Shown: one piece after another, positions 1 through 13,379 of the stretch | Position numbering within the stretch: the first letter of the stretch is position 1 | Layout of the letters: the number at the start of each line of letters is the position of its first letter | Source: Kudoa neothunni | Taxonomy: Eukaryota; Animalia; Cnidaria | Reading direction: 5' to 3' | Assembly: GCA_964304625.1 (NCBI GenBank) | Contig: OZ199838.1 | Coordinates: 3,980,705 to 4,044,704, forward strand | Length of the DNA stretch: 64,000 nucleotides | Position numbers and translations under genes: made by a program | The notes under the pieces: model-generated | What the model was told of the DNA's origin: nothing | The model's database searches: none | What the model saw: only the letters and a program-made list of their open reading frames with translations

Positions 1-170
1 TTGGATAAAATAAAGGAAACAACGAGAATAAATAAATGATTCCGCATATTTCTTTGTGAATTAAACGTGAATGCGAATATCTACCAATGATACGAAGAAT
101 TTTTAATTTTGATAGAATCATTTTGAGGATTAAAGTTGAATATGATCTAATGTGTGGAAGTAGTGAAGGT

Positions 171-1272
171 TTATGTGTTCATCAGAAAGCATTGATGACA
201 GACGCACGAAAGCAGGACAAAAAACTAGAAAAAATATTAACAAATATAGAAGTATCTTTAATACAACTCATACTGAAAATGCAAATATTCCACCAAAACA
301 TCCAATTATTATCACGAAATTGGAAACGAGAAATTTTTTGAATGAATCAGCACAGTGTGTATGAATAGCGGTATTTCTATCGTTACAGTCTATGAGTTCT
401 CGAGGCCCACCCCTAGTTAGGTCATTCTGAGGCATTTGCTGGATGGCAGTATTCACAGCACTTTCAATTTTATCTTGTAATAAATATAAATCGATTACAT
501 AGATAGCATCATATTAAATGTATCCCAAATATTTTTGTTTAAATTGAAATTATCAATAAAGACGCGGGCTGCTTACCTCTAATACCATCAAGTTGGCCGG
601 AAAATCCAGCCGCTGAAGTAACTGCTTGTATCTTTTTGAGATTCTTTAAAATTGAGAACATGCGCTTGAAATCACTTGTAAACATGTCAGTTAGTCGACA
701 ACACTGAAACTAATACAATGTGTTTAAATAAAGATGTTCCAATAATTATTACTTCCTGTCTTAAATTTTCAACTTCGTTTTCATCCCCCGTGAATTTATT
801 AACCGTAAGTAACAGGCCATCTTCAACACAAATATCTGCCCCTTGGATTATCTAACACAGATGTTTATTTAAAATTTGACAAAATAAAAAAAACAATTAC
901 CTCTTCTCGTTTTAACCAAGATAGAACTAATAATCCACCCGAGGCTAGTACTACCGCAAATGAAATTACCAGAAATATAACCCCACACACACCAGGCGAA
1001 TTGATGCAGGTAGAAGTTGTAACTAATGCCATTTGTAGTATAATAACAGCGCCAATAATAATAAAAATGGCTCCAATTGGCAATTTTAGTTCATTTTGAC
1101 ATGAGTTACTCATGAATACTTGTAGAATAATACCAAAAATCATTATACTCAATCCCTTTAACTAATAAACATAAAAATTGCATTAATATTGTTAGAAACA
1201 AATAGTCAAATTTTCAATTACTTTTAGTATTATTGCTATAATTATAAATATCACCTGTAAGCAACACCACAT
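171..1272 (-). CDS. Divergent tetraspanin (6 exons)
   Basis: Hand-splicing through GT-AG introns gives MWCCLQVIFIIIAIILK|LKGLSIMIFGIILQ.. (TM1), IGAIFIIIGAVIILQ (TM2), CGVIFLVISFAVVLASGGLLV (TM3), an EC2 with ..LRQE|FQCCR..DC..HCADSFKKFLVSN, then TM4 FVIIIGCFGGIFAFS|FFVLLSCVC..NT*. Four TMs plus a four-Cys large loop. The model joins ORFs 865..1152 and 268..456. Confidence 0.75.
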
Positions 1273-2008
1273 CACGAATAATAACAAATAATGATATTTT
1301 AAATCAGCGCAGATTTATCTGATTATTTAACATAGTTTTTATTATAAAATATCTCGTCGTATCAGTTATCAGCACTGATCATTATTTTCATGTATAAATA
1401 GTAATGAACTGGATGAAAAATTAAATAAGGTAATGTCTTTAAAAAGTGTGATTACAATTAATTAAAATATTTATTTTTATTCTATTTAATAGTTTTTAAG
1501 ATAGCTAAAAAATATTTTTATTAATAGAGTAATCTTATTTAAAAGCTAAAGTATAATTATTAATTTATAAACTCCGAAGTTGTCTTTAAAAAATTAGAAA
1601 AAGTTGATTTAATTGTATGTTTATTATGATGAGTATTCTATTATCGAATTTATGCTATACGAGAGGGTGTACAACACTAAGTCGCATGCTCATATTATTA
1701 AACTCATAATTTAAATTTTTTCCTTCCATTATCAAATTCTCTAATTCAGTTATTAGAAATATAAATATGGGTTAAAATGTAGAATAATTACCGTAATCTA
1801 ATTCAGTGATTAAGATAAAAACCGACTTTGTTGATTATTTTAATTTTTAGTATTTATCACTGTTCCATCACCAGTAGGTACTTTCGGCACTCTGTTTGTT
1901 ATCAAAAATAGTTGTTGTGATTAATAATATATTTAACTGCTACTGCTTCGCAGTTATTTCGCAGGTTATACTATTTAATCAATGGAGTAAAGTATGTTTT
2001 ATGTATCC

Positions 2009-3485
2009 TAGGGGAGGGCAAACTACGGCCAACGATAGGCTCCAACACCAGTCGCCAAAAATTTTTTTATTCTTGATCAATTGAAATTTATATATCTAAT
2101 TCTCATAATAAAAATGTTCATTTTAGTCAAAAAATTTTTTAATATACATTGTTTTAAATAATTTGAAGATAATTCATCACAAACGTCATGCCCATGTGAA
2201 TTAAGTATTAAAATTCTAATATTGTTACAAATAATCAATAATCATTCTAAGGGTGAATATAATTTAAAAAAAGAAATAATTTCATATAATAATGTAATTT
2301 CTAAATATTAACTTTTACGTTTGAGCTATAATGGGATCATCGAAAAGAGGACTATATATATTATAAATGATCTCAAATATCTAATAGATAATGTTAGTCA
2401 TAAAAACTATAAAATCTCCCCTTATTTGTCCTCTGGAACTAATTAGTTGTGATATAATAAGTTCACTATAAATTATTTCCTACCAACCTTGAATATCGTA
2501 ATGTAGACTTCGTTTAGCCGATGTTCATGGATCTACTGATCGATAAACATTTTTCTATTCAAATTAGTTCACAATTTATATACGCGAAGATAAATTTTTG
2601 ACCATAATTAAGTAACGTAAACTTACAAAACATACCACTCCCAAAAAAGGTGAAAAATATGCCGAAAGAAGACATTATAAACGGCGGTTACCCTTTTTAT
2701 ACTTTTGCCGAAACTTTCTTTAGTATACAAAGTTTGTTGAGATGGCTAGTTTCAATCAATCTAAAAAAAGAAAAATTGAAGACGAATGTCAAAGTTTCAA
2801 TCACGAGTGGACTGGAAAGTACTTTTTTAACAGCATCTATAATAAGACTGTATGTTTGATTAGCCGTGACATAATCGGCTGTGTACAAAGAATACAACTT
2901 GAAACGCCATTATCGAACCAAACATTCCAAGTTTAGATCCAATTTGTCACAGGAAGAATTGAAAAAGGAAGTATCTGATATGGTACAAAATTTATTTTGG
3001 ATAGCAACATCCATAATAAGGGATGCAACGATGACTAGCTTTATACTTTCCCACAAATTAGCAAAACATAACAAGACATTCTCGGATGGAGAGTTTATTA
3101 AAGAATGTTTTATGGATGCTGTTAATGTTGTGTGGCTTGAAGTCACCTCGAAAATTGAAGCCATTCCTCAATCATGAAGAAAAATTGTTCGATGAATTGA
3201 AAATATTTCTCAAAATGTAAAAAAAATTTTGTTCGAAAAAATTGCCAACTTTGAGTACTATTCTATTTCTTTGGAAGAAAGTGTGGATGCTACCGATACT
3301 ACTCAATTACTCATTTTCGTAAAAGGAATTCACCATAATTTCGAAATTACCGAGGAGTTCTTATGTTGAAATATTTTTATATGAAAGGACGCTGATTTCG
3401 TATAAGATTTGTTCGTTTCTTAATATCATCAGCGTATGTATGATAGTCAGAGTTTGTAGATTGATTTGGTTCAAAAAGATTTTGT
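2009..3485 (+). mobile_element. Truncated hAT transposon (Buster/SPIN, GTF2IRD2-like transposase pseudogene)
   Basis: Terminus TAGGGGAGGGCAAACTACGGCC at 2009. Frameshifted ORF from 2742 reads MAS..KKRKIEDECQSFNHEW..VCLI..KEYNLKRHYRTKH..KTFSDGEFIKEC..YYSISLEESVDATDTTQLLIFV..FEITEEF. The 3' half is missing. Confidence 0.85.
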
Positions 3486-5430
3486 TTGGGGGATCGAAAC
3501 TCTCTTCGTATAATAAGGCCGCAGGTGTACAATTCGTAGTTGCCGATGTGGTGATCCTGATAGCGAAGAGGAAAAAGTCAAGAAGCTCATTCCAATCATT
3601 TTTCTCTTCGTAGACTAACGCCTTAAGTTTGGTTTTTAAGTTTCTAACTTGCCTTTCGGTCATACCATTCCCTTCCGGGTGGTAAACGTTGGAATGGCTA
3701 TGGTTGATTCCAAGTGAAGTGTAGACGTCGTTGAAGAGACGAGATTCGAATTGACAACCTCGGTCAGTGTGGATACGGCGAGGAACTCCATGTCTTGATA
3801 TAATCAAGGGAATCAATGCGTCGATTGTTGATTTCGCATCAGTCACATGCAGAGGACAAGCTTCAAACCATTTACTAAATTGATCCACAAACAACAGCAT
3901 GTATCGATTGCCTCTCTTAGTGTTTTCCAGTGAACCAATAAAATCAGCGTGCCACATAAATACTTGGGAATTAACCGGGATAGGAGCCAGAGGTGCTTTC
4001 GGGCTGGCTTTTTCGCCTTTAACCCTCTTACACGTTTCACATTGTGAAACATACTTCACACAAACAATATCCATTTTTGTCCAGTAGCATGTTTTTCTAA
4101 ATTTATTAAGCGCCTCACTGACACCAGAATGATCCGATTCACCGTGGATATATTCTAGCATGTGACGTTGTAGTAATCTTGGGATTACAGGTAATTTTCC
4201 GCTTCTAGATTTGTGAAATAATATTCCGTTGACAATTTCAAGGTTAGATTTCCTTCGCCAAAGCTCCAAAGCGTTAATATTATTCAAGTTTGTTGGATCA
4301 GATTCTTCTATGACTAATGTCACTTTTGCGATGGCGGGATCATTGGATTGTTCTTCGTTGAGCTAAACAGAATTTAAAGTAGGTGTTATAATCGCGCAAC
4401 TCTTCGAAAGGGAGTCTGTGTAGTGGTTGTTAGATCCAGGAATATGCCAATGGATTACGATCGGTGAATATGGTAAAGTGACGTCCTAGCAGGTACGGTC
4501 TAAATTTTTGAACTGCGTGAATGATGGCCAAAGCTTCTTTATGTATAGTCGCATATTTCTGTTCGGGCTTAGTAAATTTACGATAGTGTAAGCTATCACA
4601 TTGTTTTTCGTTTCTTGAAACAAAATCGCTCCACTCGCAGTATTTGATGCGTCAGTCTCGATGCAGAATTTTTTGCTTAGATCAGGAAAATGTAACATAG
4701 GCGACCCTTGAACTGGCTTCTTGGATTTTAAGAAATGATTATGACATTTATCATTCCAATGAAATTTTGATGAACGTTCAAACTATTGAGTTAATGGGAC
4801 GATAATATCGGCATGATTTTCTAAGTGTTTGCGTAGGAAGTTGACAGTTCCAAGGAAACTCCTCAAATTCATCTCTATTCGCAGGAGTTTTCCAATTTAC
4901 TATTGCATCTATCTTGCTTGGATCACATCTAGTCCCATTTTTAGAAATAATGAATCCCAAATACTTTAATTCTTCTTGATAGAAAACACTGAGTACACTT
5001 CTGACATGTTTAGTTTGTTCTACTTCATTTGTCGAAAATATTATGATATCATCTAGGTAGGCCATTTCATTCAGAATATTTTCCAAGAGTTTATCCATTC
5101 CACGCTGGAATGTGGCGGGTGTATTAGACAAAACAAACGACATTTTTACAAACTCATAGAGACCATGACCATTTCTCGTAGAAAATGCTGTCTTAGGGAT
5201 ATCTTCTTCTTTCAGGGGTATTTGCTAATGCCCACATTGAAGGTCGAATGTGGTAAACACAGTAGACCCTGCCAAAAAATCTAGCGTATCCTCTAATCTA
5301 GGTAGAGGATATTCGTCTCTTCTAGTTATACTGTTAAGTTTTCGATAGTCAACACACATTCTAATTTTGCCATCCATTTTCGAAATCATAACTACCGGAG
5401 AACATTACTGGCTACTTGAGGGTCAAATTA
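3486..5430 (-). mobile_element. Decayed Ty3/Gypsy pol fragment (RT-RNaseH-integrase)
   Basis: RT motifs MCVDYRKLN, NTPATFQR and AYLDD; RNase H IETDASN; integrase HHCC (H..SDHSG..CETC) with D/D/E in ADFIG, HTDRG and GMTER. Many stops and frameshifts; no LTR found. Confidence 0.9.
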
Positions 5431-5432
5431 TA

Positions 5433-6280
5433 CAGTAGGTAATCGATTTTCGGTAATTTCGGACTTTATTCCTTTAAAACATAACTAATGTTTTTTAATT
5501 GCTCACAAAAGAAGCGAGGTTTCATCAATGTTTATAACGGCTTTAGGACTATATGCCTTAACCAAATTAGTGTTTTCAACAGTTCATAAGTCAATTAATG
5601 AAATATCTGTGTTCGCAGCCTCACCATGAAATATTTTGAAAGCTATCCCATATTTAGACGTGGAATCTGAAAACCACCCTTAACTAGACTTTAAATTGGA
5701 AATTTCCTGTATATTTTCAATTTATAAAGCAACTTCGATAATAACACATCTCAGCAGAACATTATCATTCGACAATTGTTTAACCATCCAATCGTACAGC
5801 TCACCAACTATATTTTTAATTTTCCCCCAAAATAAGTCCTCCTTTTAGTTTCTATATCCGTATTTTTGAATTTATCTTCGTTAAAGAATTCTATAAATTT
5901 TTAAACGACCATAAACGTGACAATGTTTAAATATTCAAAATAGATCACCACATCACTCAACTTAAACTTAGAAATAGTCATTTTTTCGACAACTTTCAAT
6001 ATTTTTATCGAATTATAATAATCAATGATTTCTCTCTTCTCTTAATTATTATGTTTTTAAGGATAAATAATGAAGAAAACACTTTTATTGTTAAATAGAT
6101 GGGTTACTAAAACCACGCAATAACGAGACTTTATATAAAGTAAAGAATTTTCTTATTCTTAAATGTTAACAATGTTTATAAAATGATAAAATAATAACAA
6201 TACAAAAAACTTGGTTTCTCTCTAGAAAGAATAACAATAACGTCGAAATTTTGGAATTACGCAGTATTCAATCTCCACTG
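5433..6280 (-). mobile_element. Internally deleted pogo/Tigger-like element
   Basis: TA|CAGT...ACTG|TA ends with imperfect ~35-bp TIRs. Minus-strand remnants LGWFSD..KYGIAFKIFHGEAA (CENP-B-type HTH end) and AYSPKAVINIDETSL (first catalytic Asp motif). Confidence 0.75.
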
Positions 6281-6282
6281 TA

Positions 6283-6436
6283 TACCGTATCTTTTTTACA
6301 AAAGTTGGTATACACATAACTGACATAATTATAGGAGATTACACGAACTTGTAAGCTAGAATTTAGAGTTTTGATATGTAAAACACAGATTTAAGAAATG
6401 TGGGGTATCGAAACACCCCCCATGGTCCCGTGAGGG
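6283..6436. mobile_element. Orphan piggyBac-type end
   Basis: Subterminal palindrome GGGGTATCGAAACACCCCC followed by GGTCCCGTGAGGG|TTAA. The partner end was not found. Confidence 0.5.
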
Positions 6437-6691
6437 TTAATCGAGATGCGAATGACCTATCTTAGTTAATTGACAATGAATATCTAAGCAGTTTTTGTTA
6501 GGTAAAAATATCGGAAATTTATATTAGTTTCTCGATGTAATTTTTCTATGGCCGTCATATTTAATTTTTTTCTCCAATAATTAATTTTAGAATTTAATAT
6601 CATCAATCATTTTTTTATTGTTATATATCGATCAGTAGGATTAACTTTATAGAAAACCACGGTAAAATATTGGGACCTCAAGTTACTTTAA

Positions 6692-8050
6692 CCTTCAAAG
6701 GTCTATGGGGTCAATATAACCCCAGATGACATTCAGTCGTATTTCAAACCAACTTAGAACTCAATTTTATACTTAAAACTTTGACTATTTTATTAAAATC
6801 TCTTGATCTTCCTAAATTAAAGGTTCTGAATGTCACTTGAAAATAAATAAACTCTGCACAGAAAATACTTACATTCTCCCTCTTTTTTGGTAAATATGAC
6901 CACAGTAATTTTTCTCGAAAGCTATTTTATACATTTCTAAACTATACATTAAATATTTGTTTAAAAATATTTAATTGGAAATTAAATTTTGTTGAATTAA
7001 CACAAAGAAAAACTAAAAATTAAATTTCCGATGTTGGCTGATAATGGCTGACGAGGTAGATTTTTAACGATGACCGATTTTGACCACGATTTGTTGTCAA
7101 ACGGTGATACTGAGATCAATGAAATTTACGAAGAAATTCAAGAATATAATTTTACATCCAAATACGATTTAAATGACGTCGAAGTTGCTGAAAACTGCTA
7201 TGGTGATAAAAATGGAGATAAATCGTCTATTGAAAAGCCTAGAATAGCGGGAACCGAAAATTATACTCCATTATAATCAATACAAGGGTTGGGTAAACAC
7301 ATTCGGCAGGATTATATCTACAACAAGTGTCAGAAGATACACTGATCGATGACCAACAGCTGTTTTCTATAATATGATTGATACTGGCCTAAGTAACACC
7401 TTTCACATTTACAAGAATATTTTCTCAGGTTCATCCATCCTGCTCCAGATTCAAATTTTTAGAACAGTTATCTGATAGTCTTGTTAAAAATTATATTCGC
7501 GATAACATTAAATACGTTGAACAAAATATTGCGGCTATCGAACCTCGTTCTAATAGAAAAAGATGTTATCTGTTTGACTATGTTCGAGGTAAAAAAACAA
7601 AAACCTTCAGTTTGGATGGAACATTACATTGTGAAAATCACTCAATACTTACCTGCTCCAAATGTTCCAAATAAATCAATTATTAGGTTTCAAAAAATAT
7701 ATTAAAATCCTCTTTTTTCTTTATAGATGATTGATTTTTTAACTCTTAAAAAATCTTCCTTACTCTAATTTTATCGAATATTTGACATTTTATAAATAGG
7801 ATTGGTCATACGACTTAAAAAAAAGTCAAATAATGATTTATATACACAATTTTTGGGCTTCTGCACTATTCGTACAATCTCGTAGTCGTTATTTTTAGTC
7901 ATTACTCGCAAGTTAATGATTAGATTTAAGTTTAGTCCCAATAAAACGTCATAAATTATTTTATTATACCATTATAGGAAAAAAATATCTGAGATCATAA
8001 TGACCCCAAAAGAAGGAGGGCGTATTGTCGATTTTTGGACGCTCAGGAGG
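6692..8050 (+). mobile_element. Internally deleted piggyBac
   Basis: TTAA|CCTTCAAAGGTC ... GACGCTCAGGAGG|TTAA, with subterminal GGGGTCAATATAACCCC and GAGATCATAATGACCCC. Acidic N-terminal ORF 7070..7276 and C-terminal remnant PTAVFYNMIDTGLSNTFHIY. Confidence 0.75.
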
Positions 8051-8796
8051 TTAATTTTAGATTTAAACTAGTCAAAAAGCACTAAAACTGACTTTGTATA
8101 CGCTTATTCACAACATTATTAAATTATCTGAATTGCTGAATTTCCAAATTTACGATAAATACAAAATTGCGACTCATCTAACCAAAAAATAATCAGGCAT
8201 TAAAGTATTTGATATTATCGATTTTTATCTGTCTTTAAATCACAAAATTATCATTTATAAATTGATTTATGTAATTTTCCATATTTAAATTCGTTAAGAT
8301 TAATTTTTTCTAACTATCACTACTTTCTTAGAAACTAGAAATTATAGACTATTATTTAAAATTAGATACACCCTTAATATTTACATATGGATAATCATAT
8401 TTTGTAAAAATTATTCATAATTAAGTATATTATTTTCTAAAAATAACACATCAGCTATACTCAGTGAAATATTCGTTCTAGAAAACATCGATAATATTTT
8501 TCATGCGCACGCAAAAAAGATTTTTCAAACAAAACTAACTTGGATTCTCTAGTATTAATGCAACAATTTTATATTGGTATTTTATGATTTAATCAATTTT
8601 AATTATTTCTCAAAAGCGACTCAAAATTTTAGAAGATCGTCTCATATAACAGCAAAAACAATCATAATGCTGCGCAGTGTAACTTTCTACAGGAGTGTTA
8701 GCTCGTAGCAACTGTTGTGCTTTTTGTAGGAAAAATTATTGTTGAAATATAGAGAATATCTACGATAAAATTAAATTAAATAAATTAGCAATTAAA

Positions 8797-10691
8797 ATGG
8801 AAGAAAATGAAGCATCGGTATTGGATACTTTAAGTTCTCCTATTGAAAATATAATTGCTGCCTGTATCAACAACAATGGTATTCGTTCAACAGACGAACG
8901 AAAAAATTTATGGCTACTGATAAACTATGTCAAACCATACGATTATATGAAAATAAATTGTAATAATTTAATACCACACTAGTAAAAAGTTACTTTTGTG
9001 ATAATGACACATATATGTAGACATTAAAGAGGAGGAATTTATAGAAAATAAAAATGAACGGATAGTTTATATGGATTGCAAGCGCTACAGGAAATTTCAT
9101 AAATCGGGTAACAACAAATTTGTTATAGAATCTGACTATGTATTTGTATTTGTTTTGTTAGATCATTGCAACAGTCAAGGCGGGTTCCATTGATTTGGGA
9201 GGGTAATTTTTGTAATGGATGTTTTTTGGACGAATAATTAGAGTCTTTTCCTATAGATTTCTGATTTCGCTAAAACGCTCTACGATATGATAATGCGTGT
9301 GTTGTGTGACGAGAAAAAATTAGTATATTATCAGGTACTTCTTTCTTTAGAATATATACTTTTATTTATGTGAATAATCAAATAATTATTTTTTAATGAT
9401 AATTTTAGGGCTTTCATGATATTGCTACCGTGTTATGTTGATAATGGGCCCCGATCATGGAACTTCTGTGTTGCGTGTTATGGCCAAAAATCAACTAAGG
9501 GTGTTGATAATTGTTCATATATATTTCAACACTTAAAATTATTAATTTAATCTAAAAGCAATACTAAAAAAGTTTGTGTACACGCCAACTTATAAATAAT
9601 ATTTTATGTAGAGATTTTATGAGTCCAGATTTTCGTAAGACAGCTTATTACCTAGATTTAGTCATAAAACTCATCGAAATTAATGACTATGAGTTGTATC
9701 AATTCATGAAAAAGTATAAAGTTTTCTTGAATTAAGCCTATTTATTATTTTTATTATCAACTTTGATTGTAAAACGTAGATCCAATGTTGGTTCTGTGTT
9801 TTGTTTGTCGTGGATCCTCACATGGTATGCACATAATGTGAGGACGCTCTCGTTGGCTTGTAGATTATTTGATTTTTTTATGGTCACCAACAAATATATG
9901 TCCACTTACGTTGCTTCGACGGTAAGTCTCCTTAGTTGTTGATAACAATGGATAATCTTACTGAACTTGTTTCTTATTTAACACGGATTGAACTCCTACT
10001 GAAGCATTTGTTAATAATGCATCGTTGTAGTTGATTTGTAACAAACGATTATCCAAATATTGTGTTTAAAGCAATACATAAATAAATAAGAACAACTTTT
10101 CAATTATAGCTTGTGATGGGGTTACGTGACGAAATAATGGCACTCGAGTGTGATATGGCTACAGTACATAGCTTTTTAACACATATTCCTGAGCTTGTAA
10201 CCGAGGACAGTTGGGAAAAATCCATCGAAAGCGCGTTACAGCTTTTCGATCGATTTCCACCGGAAAGTGTATTTATTAATGGATTTGGATACTTTTCATA
10301 TAGGTAAGATGATTATATGGACTAAATTTGTAATTGATAATGTGCTAAATTAAACCCTTTACAACGTTCGCTGTTACAAGGAACAACTCTTATTATTATA
10401 ATTTCATGTGATATTATTCGATTTAGAACCCTGGTAATGGTGGGTAGCTGGAGTAGAAAAAGAACCAATAAAACACTCCTTAAACACTCCATATTAAATG
10501 GGACAGCAAAATTTATCCGTAAAGGTTTCAAACAAAGGTCGAAAACGAAAACCCCTAATTCGTCCTCTTCATCCACCTCCAATGACTACTGGCTATTAGA
10601 TAGAAAAAATACAATTGTTGGATTTTCGTTGTTAATAATTGCTGTTGGTTTATATACATTTTATCCTTATGTTAGTTCGTTCCACATGTAA
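8797..10691 (+). CDS. TBC1D20: TBC1 domain family member 20 (Rab1/Rab2 GAP); multi-exon, with apparent 1-nt indels
   Basis: Spliced product has the Arg finger VYMDCKR, Gln finger YYQ|GFHDI, QLR|DFM, FCLSWILTWYAH, RLFDFF, ECDMATVHSFL and a C-terminal TM anchor (IVGFSLLIIAVGLYTFY). The frame breaks near 9433 and 9500; exon structure at 9110-9256 is unresolved. Confidence 0.88.
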
Positions 10692-11226
10692 GTGTTGATA
10701 TTTCCCTTTCAAATTTGTCATTTTTTGTATTTTTCAGCGTGAGTATATTCATTTGTTTCAAGATTCAGATCTATTCATTTTTATGCTATTTAACAATATA
10801 AGGATGCGATGGGAGGAATTTAATATGTAATGTACAAAAATGAGGATAATCGGTTTAAATGTGTCAATTACGCTCAGAAAATTAAAACACGATAATCCAT
10901 TTCAAATGTTCTGTATTAGTATAATTGATTTTATATTCACACATAACAGTAAATTGAATATTATAAGCTCTTTACTATTTTACTCAGCAAACTGTTGATT
11001 ACTTTTATTGATCATCAATGAAAATATGAACAAAACTTACATAGTCCTGGCAACTATTTTATCACTATGCATGAATGGACGGAACGAACCTCATAACAAA
11101 GAATCGAGAAAAATTCTTTCATCGAAAAGCAAAGTATTTTATTCATATTTAAAATTAAATATGGACACAATGCAATTCAGAACGACACCTAATTAATCAA
11201 ATTCATATATATTTATATAGGGTTAT

Positions 11227-11809
11227 ATGATTCAAATTATAAAGTATAATTCTTGGAATTTGCGTGGTATATTATTTTCGGTTGATTTTGATTCAGTTGT
11301 TATTAGTACGAAATTATTATCCCCCTTCCACTTCAACCAAAGCTTCATCCCTTTACAAAGGCTACATAAAAACACACGAATTTATATTTACCAGCTTAAT
11401 AGTTATATTTTCGCTGGCTCAATTTGTATCTTTGTTATTCAATTTCGAGTGTCTTAAAGGCTTGTGCTGTTGTTCCTGTTGTTGCAACTCCCAAACCAGC
11501 CGAACGTGCTGGGATGTATTTGTTGGCATCGTTAATCTTTTTTGTGCTGTTTTCACCATCACTGATATCATACTCAAAGTCACAAATCAACAAGAAAAAA
11601 TCCCCGGTATATTTAGAGATATAAGATTTTGTGCATGCGGTCGTTCACTTCTGCTTGCCTTCAACTCGGCCATATTTATTATACATTTCAACAAGTTAAC
11701 TGGTACTTTGAAAATTTCCGCCGGCTTCTCATTACTTGCATCACTCGGCATAATTATTTGCGCTACAGTCCTGCTTTTCTACGATATTGGCGATATATCA
11801 ACATCATAA
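11227..11809 (+). CDS. Orphan multi-pass membrane protein with Cys cluster (5' end uncertain)
   Basis: 181-codon open frame (11264..11809) in AT-rich DNA, 4-5 hydrophobic segments, and a CLKGLCCCSCCC cluster. No family recognised. Confidence 0.55.
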
Positions 11810-12069
11810 TGTGTACGAATATTTTTCTTTATATATTTAAGTATTCGCTTGTTTCCTGATTTATCGTTCCTATGGCTCACCATGTGTGAAATGTTTTAGA
11901 GAAAGTAACATTCTAGTTGCCTGATAAGAAATATTTTCCAAACAAAAATAGGGTCAAGTTTACTATAATATTTTTTGCATAAAATAATTAAACTTTTTCC
12001 AATTAAATTATGGTATTAGCAAAATTTTGAAAAACTAAATCCCATTACTACATTATCCTTCTAAGTAAA

Positions 12070-12273
12070 ATGGGCTAGATTTTTATTCCAGCTAAATTTT
12101 GCTAACAATACTTTAGCGTAGTAAGAGAACATAAGGACGTTACATTTTTTTTGTAATCTACTATATTTATGGAAGCTTTCAGGAAAACCAATTTGAAATT
12201 TTGTTTCAATATATGTTAAAAAAGTTAGTGGAAAAATACCCTCTAAAAAAATTGGGATAGAAATCTAACCCAT
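12070..12273. mobile_element. Putative MITE (~200 bp)
   Basis: Inverted ends ATGGGCTAGATTTTTATTCC / GGGATAGAAATCTAACCCAT. No clear TSD. Confidence 0.45.
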
Positions 12274-12775
12274 ATTTTTCTGTTCTAAAATTATTTAAAA
12301 TATATATATGTCATTTTTAAAAATTCAAGAAAATTCTACTAAGCGAATATTGAACAAATAACCAAAAACATTACGTCCCATGCATGTGCGCATATAATGT
12401 AACCTTAATAATTGGCGATTTATTCAAAATTCACCGCATTAATGTTCATCATATTTAGTTAATCAATGCTAACATTTATTCCAGACAATTATTTGAAATA
12501 AAAACATGGTTAGAGTTCTACATTATTTTTAATTTTGACTTGAAAGGTGTCCATTTTTGAGCTACTTAGAGAGTTAAAAAAGGAAGTGGCTTTCTCTCAG
12601 ATATCTGATAATTCCTTTGAGGCAGTAGCTATATCGAAAGAAAAAAATTTCTCAGAAACTAAATTATACATTTATATGAAATTCTATTTAACATCTTATC
12701 TTTAACCAACTTAGTTTCTACAATTTTCGAACGCTTTGAAAAGTTTATATAGTGATACATCTAAACATCCTGGTA

Positions 12776-13379
12776 CAGTAGGTGACCGTTCGAGCGTAAT
12801 CCCCAGGGGGACTTAAAAATGTACGAAAAACTATTCACCGCACAATTATTTTTACTTTTCGCACACGCGCATATATAATATTTTATAATAAAATAAATAT
12901 AACAAGTCACATTATTGATTAAACTTTTATTATTTTGGTTTTAATAGTTAATACTTTTTAATTTTTTCTGTTTTTAATATATAATCCAATATCGAACAAA
13001 ATAATAATTTCGTTTGTTCTAATTAGAATACATTGCAACATGAAATATTGGATAACTTAAAGTGGCGAACAATAGTAGTTATGCCACCCCTCTATCACAA
13101 AAAATCAAAATACATGATTATTTAATAATTATCTCATATATTTCTGTAATTATATGATTTTTTCATCATTCATTTTTCTGTAATTACGAAAAATTGTTAA
13201 CCAAGAAAAAACACGTAAAATAGTTGAAATTAATCAAAATTAAAAATATTTTCATTCATTTTATGCATTCTATTACAAAATAATATTTTACATCTTTATA
13301 AAAAAATGAATGGTTCATAAATCTACTTTTTGTTAAAAGTACGAACGATTCGACAGTACGAAAAACTGGTAACCCACTG
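12776..13379. mobile_element. Non-autonomous Tc1/mariner-superfamily element
   Basis: TA|CAGTAGGTGACC ... GGTAACCCACTG|TA. The terminus resembles those at 5433 and 30433. Confidence 0.6.

Noticed and set aside
1273-1333. Upstream ATG at 1333 for the tetraspanin, requiring a frameshift
   Set aside because: The in-frame ATG at 1272 (MWCC..) gives a normal tetraspanin start.
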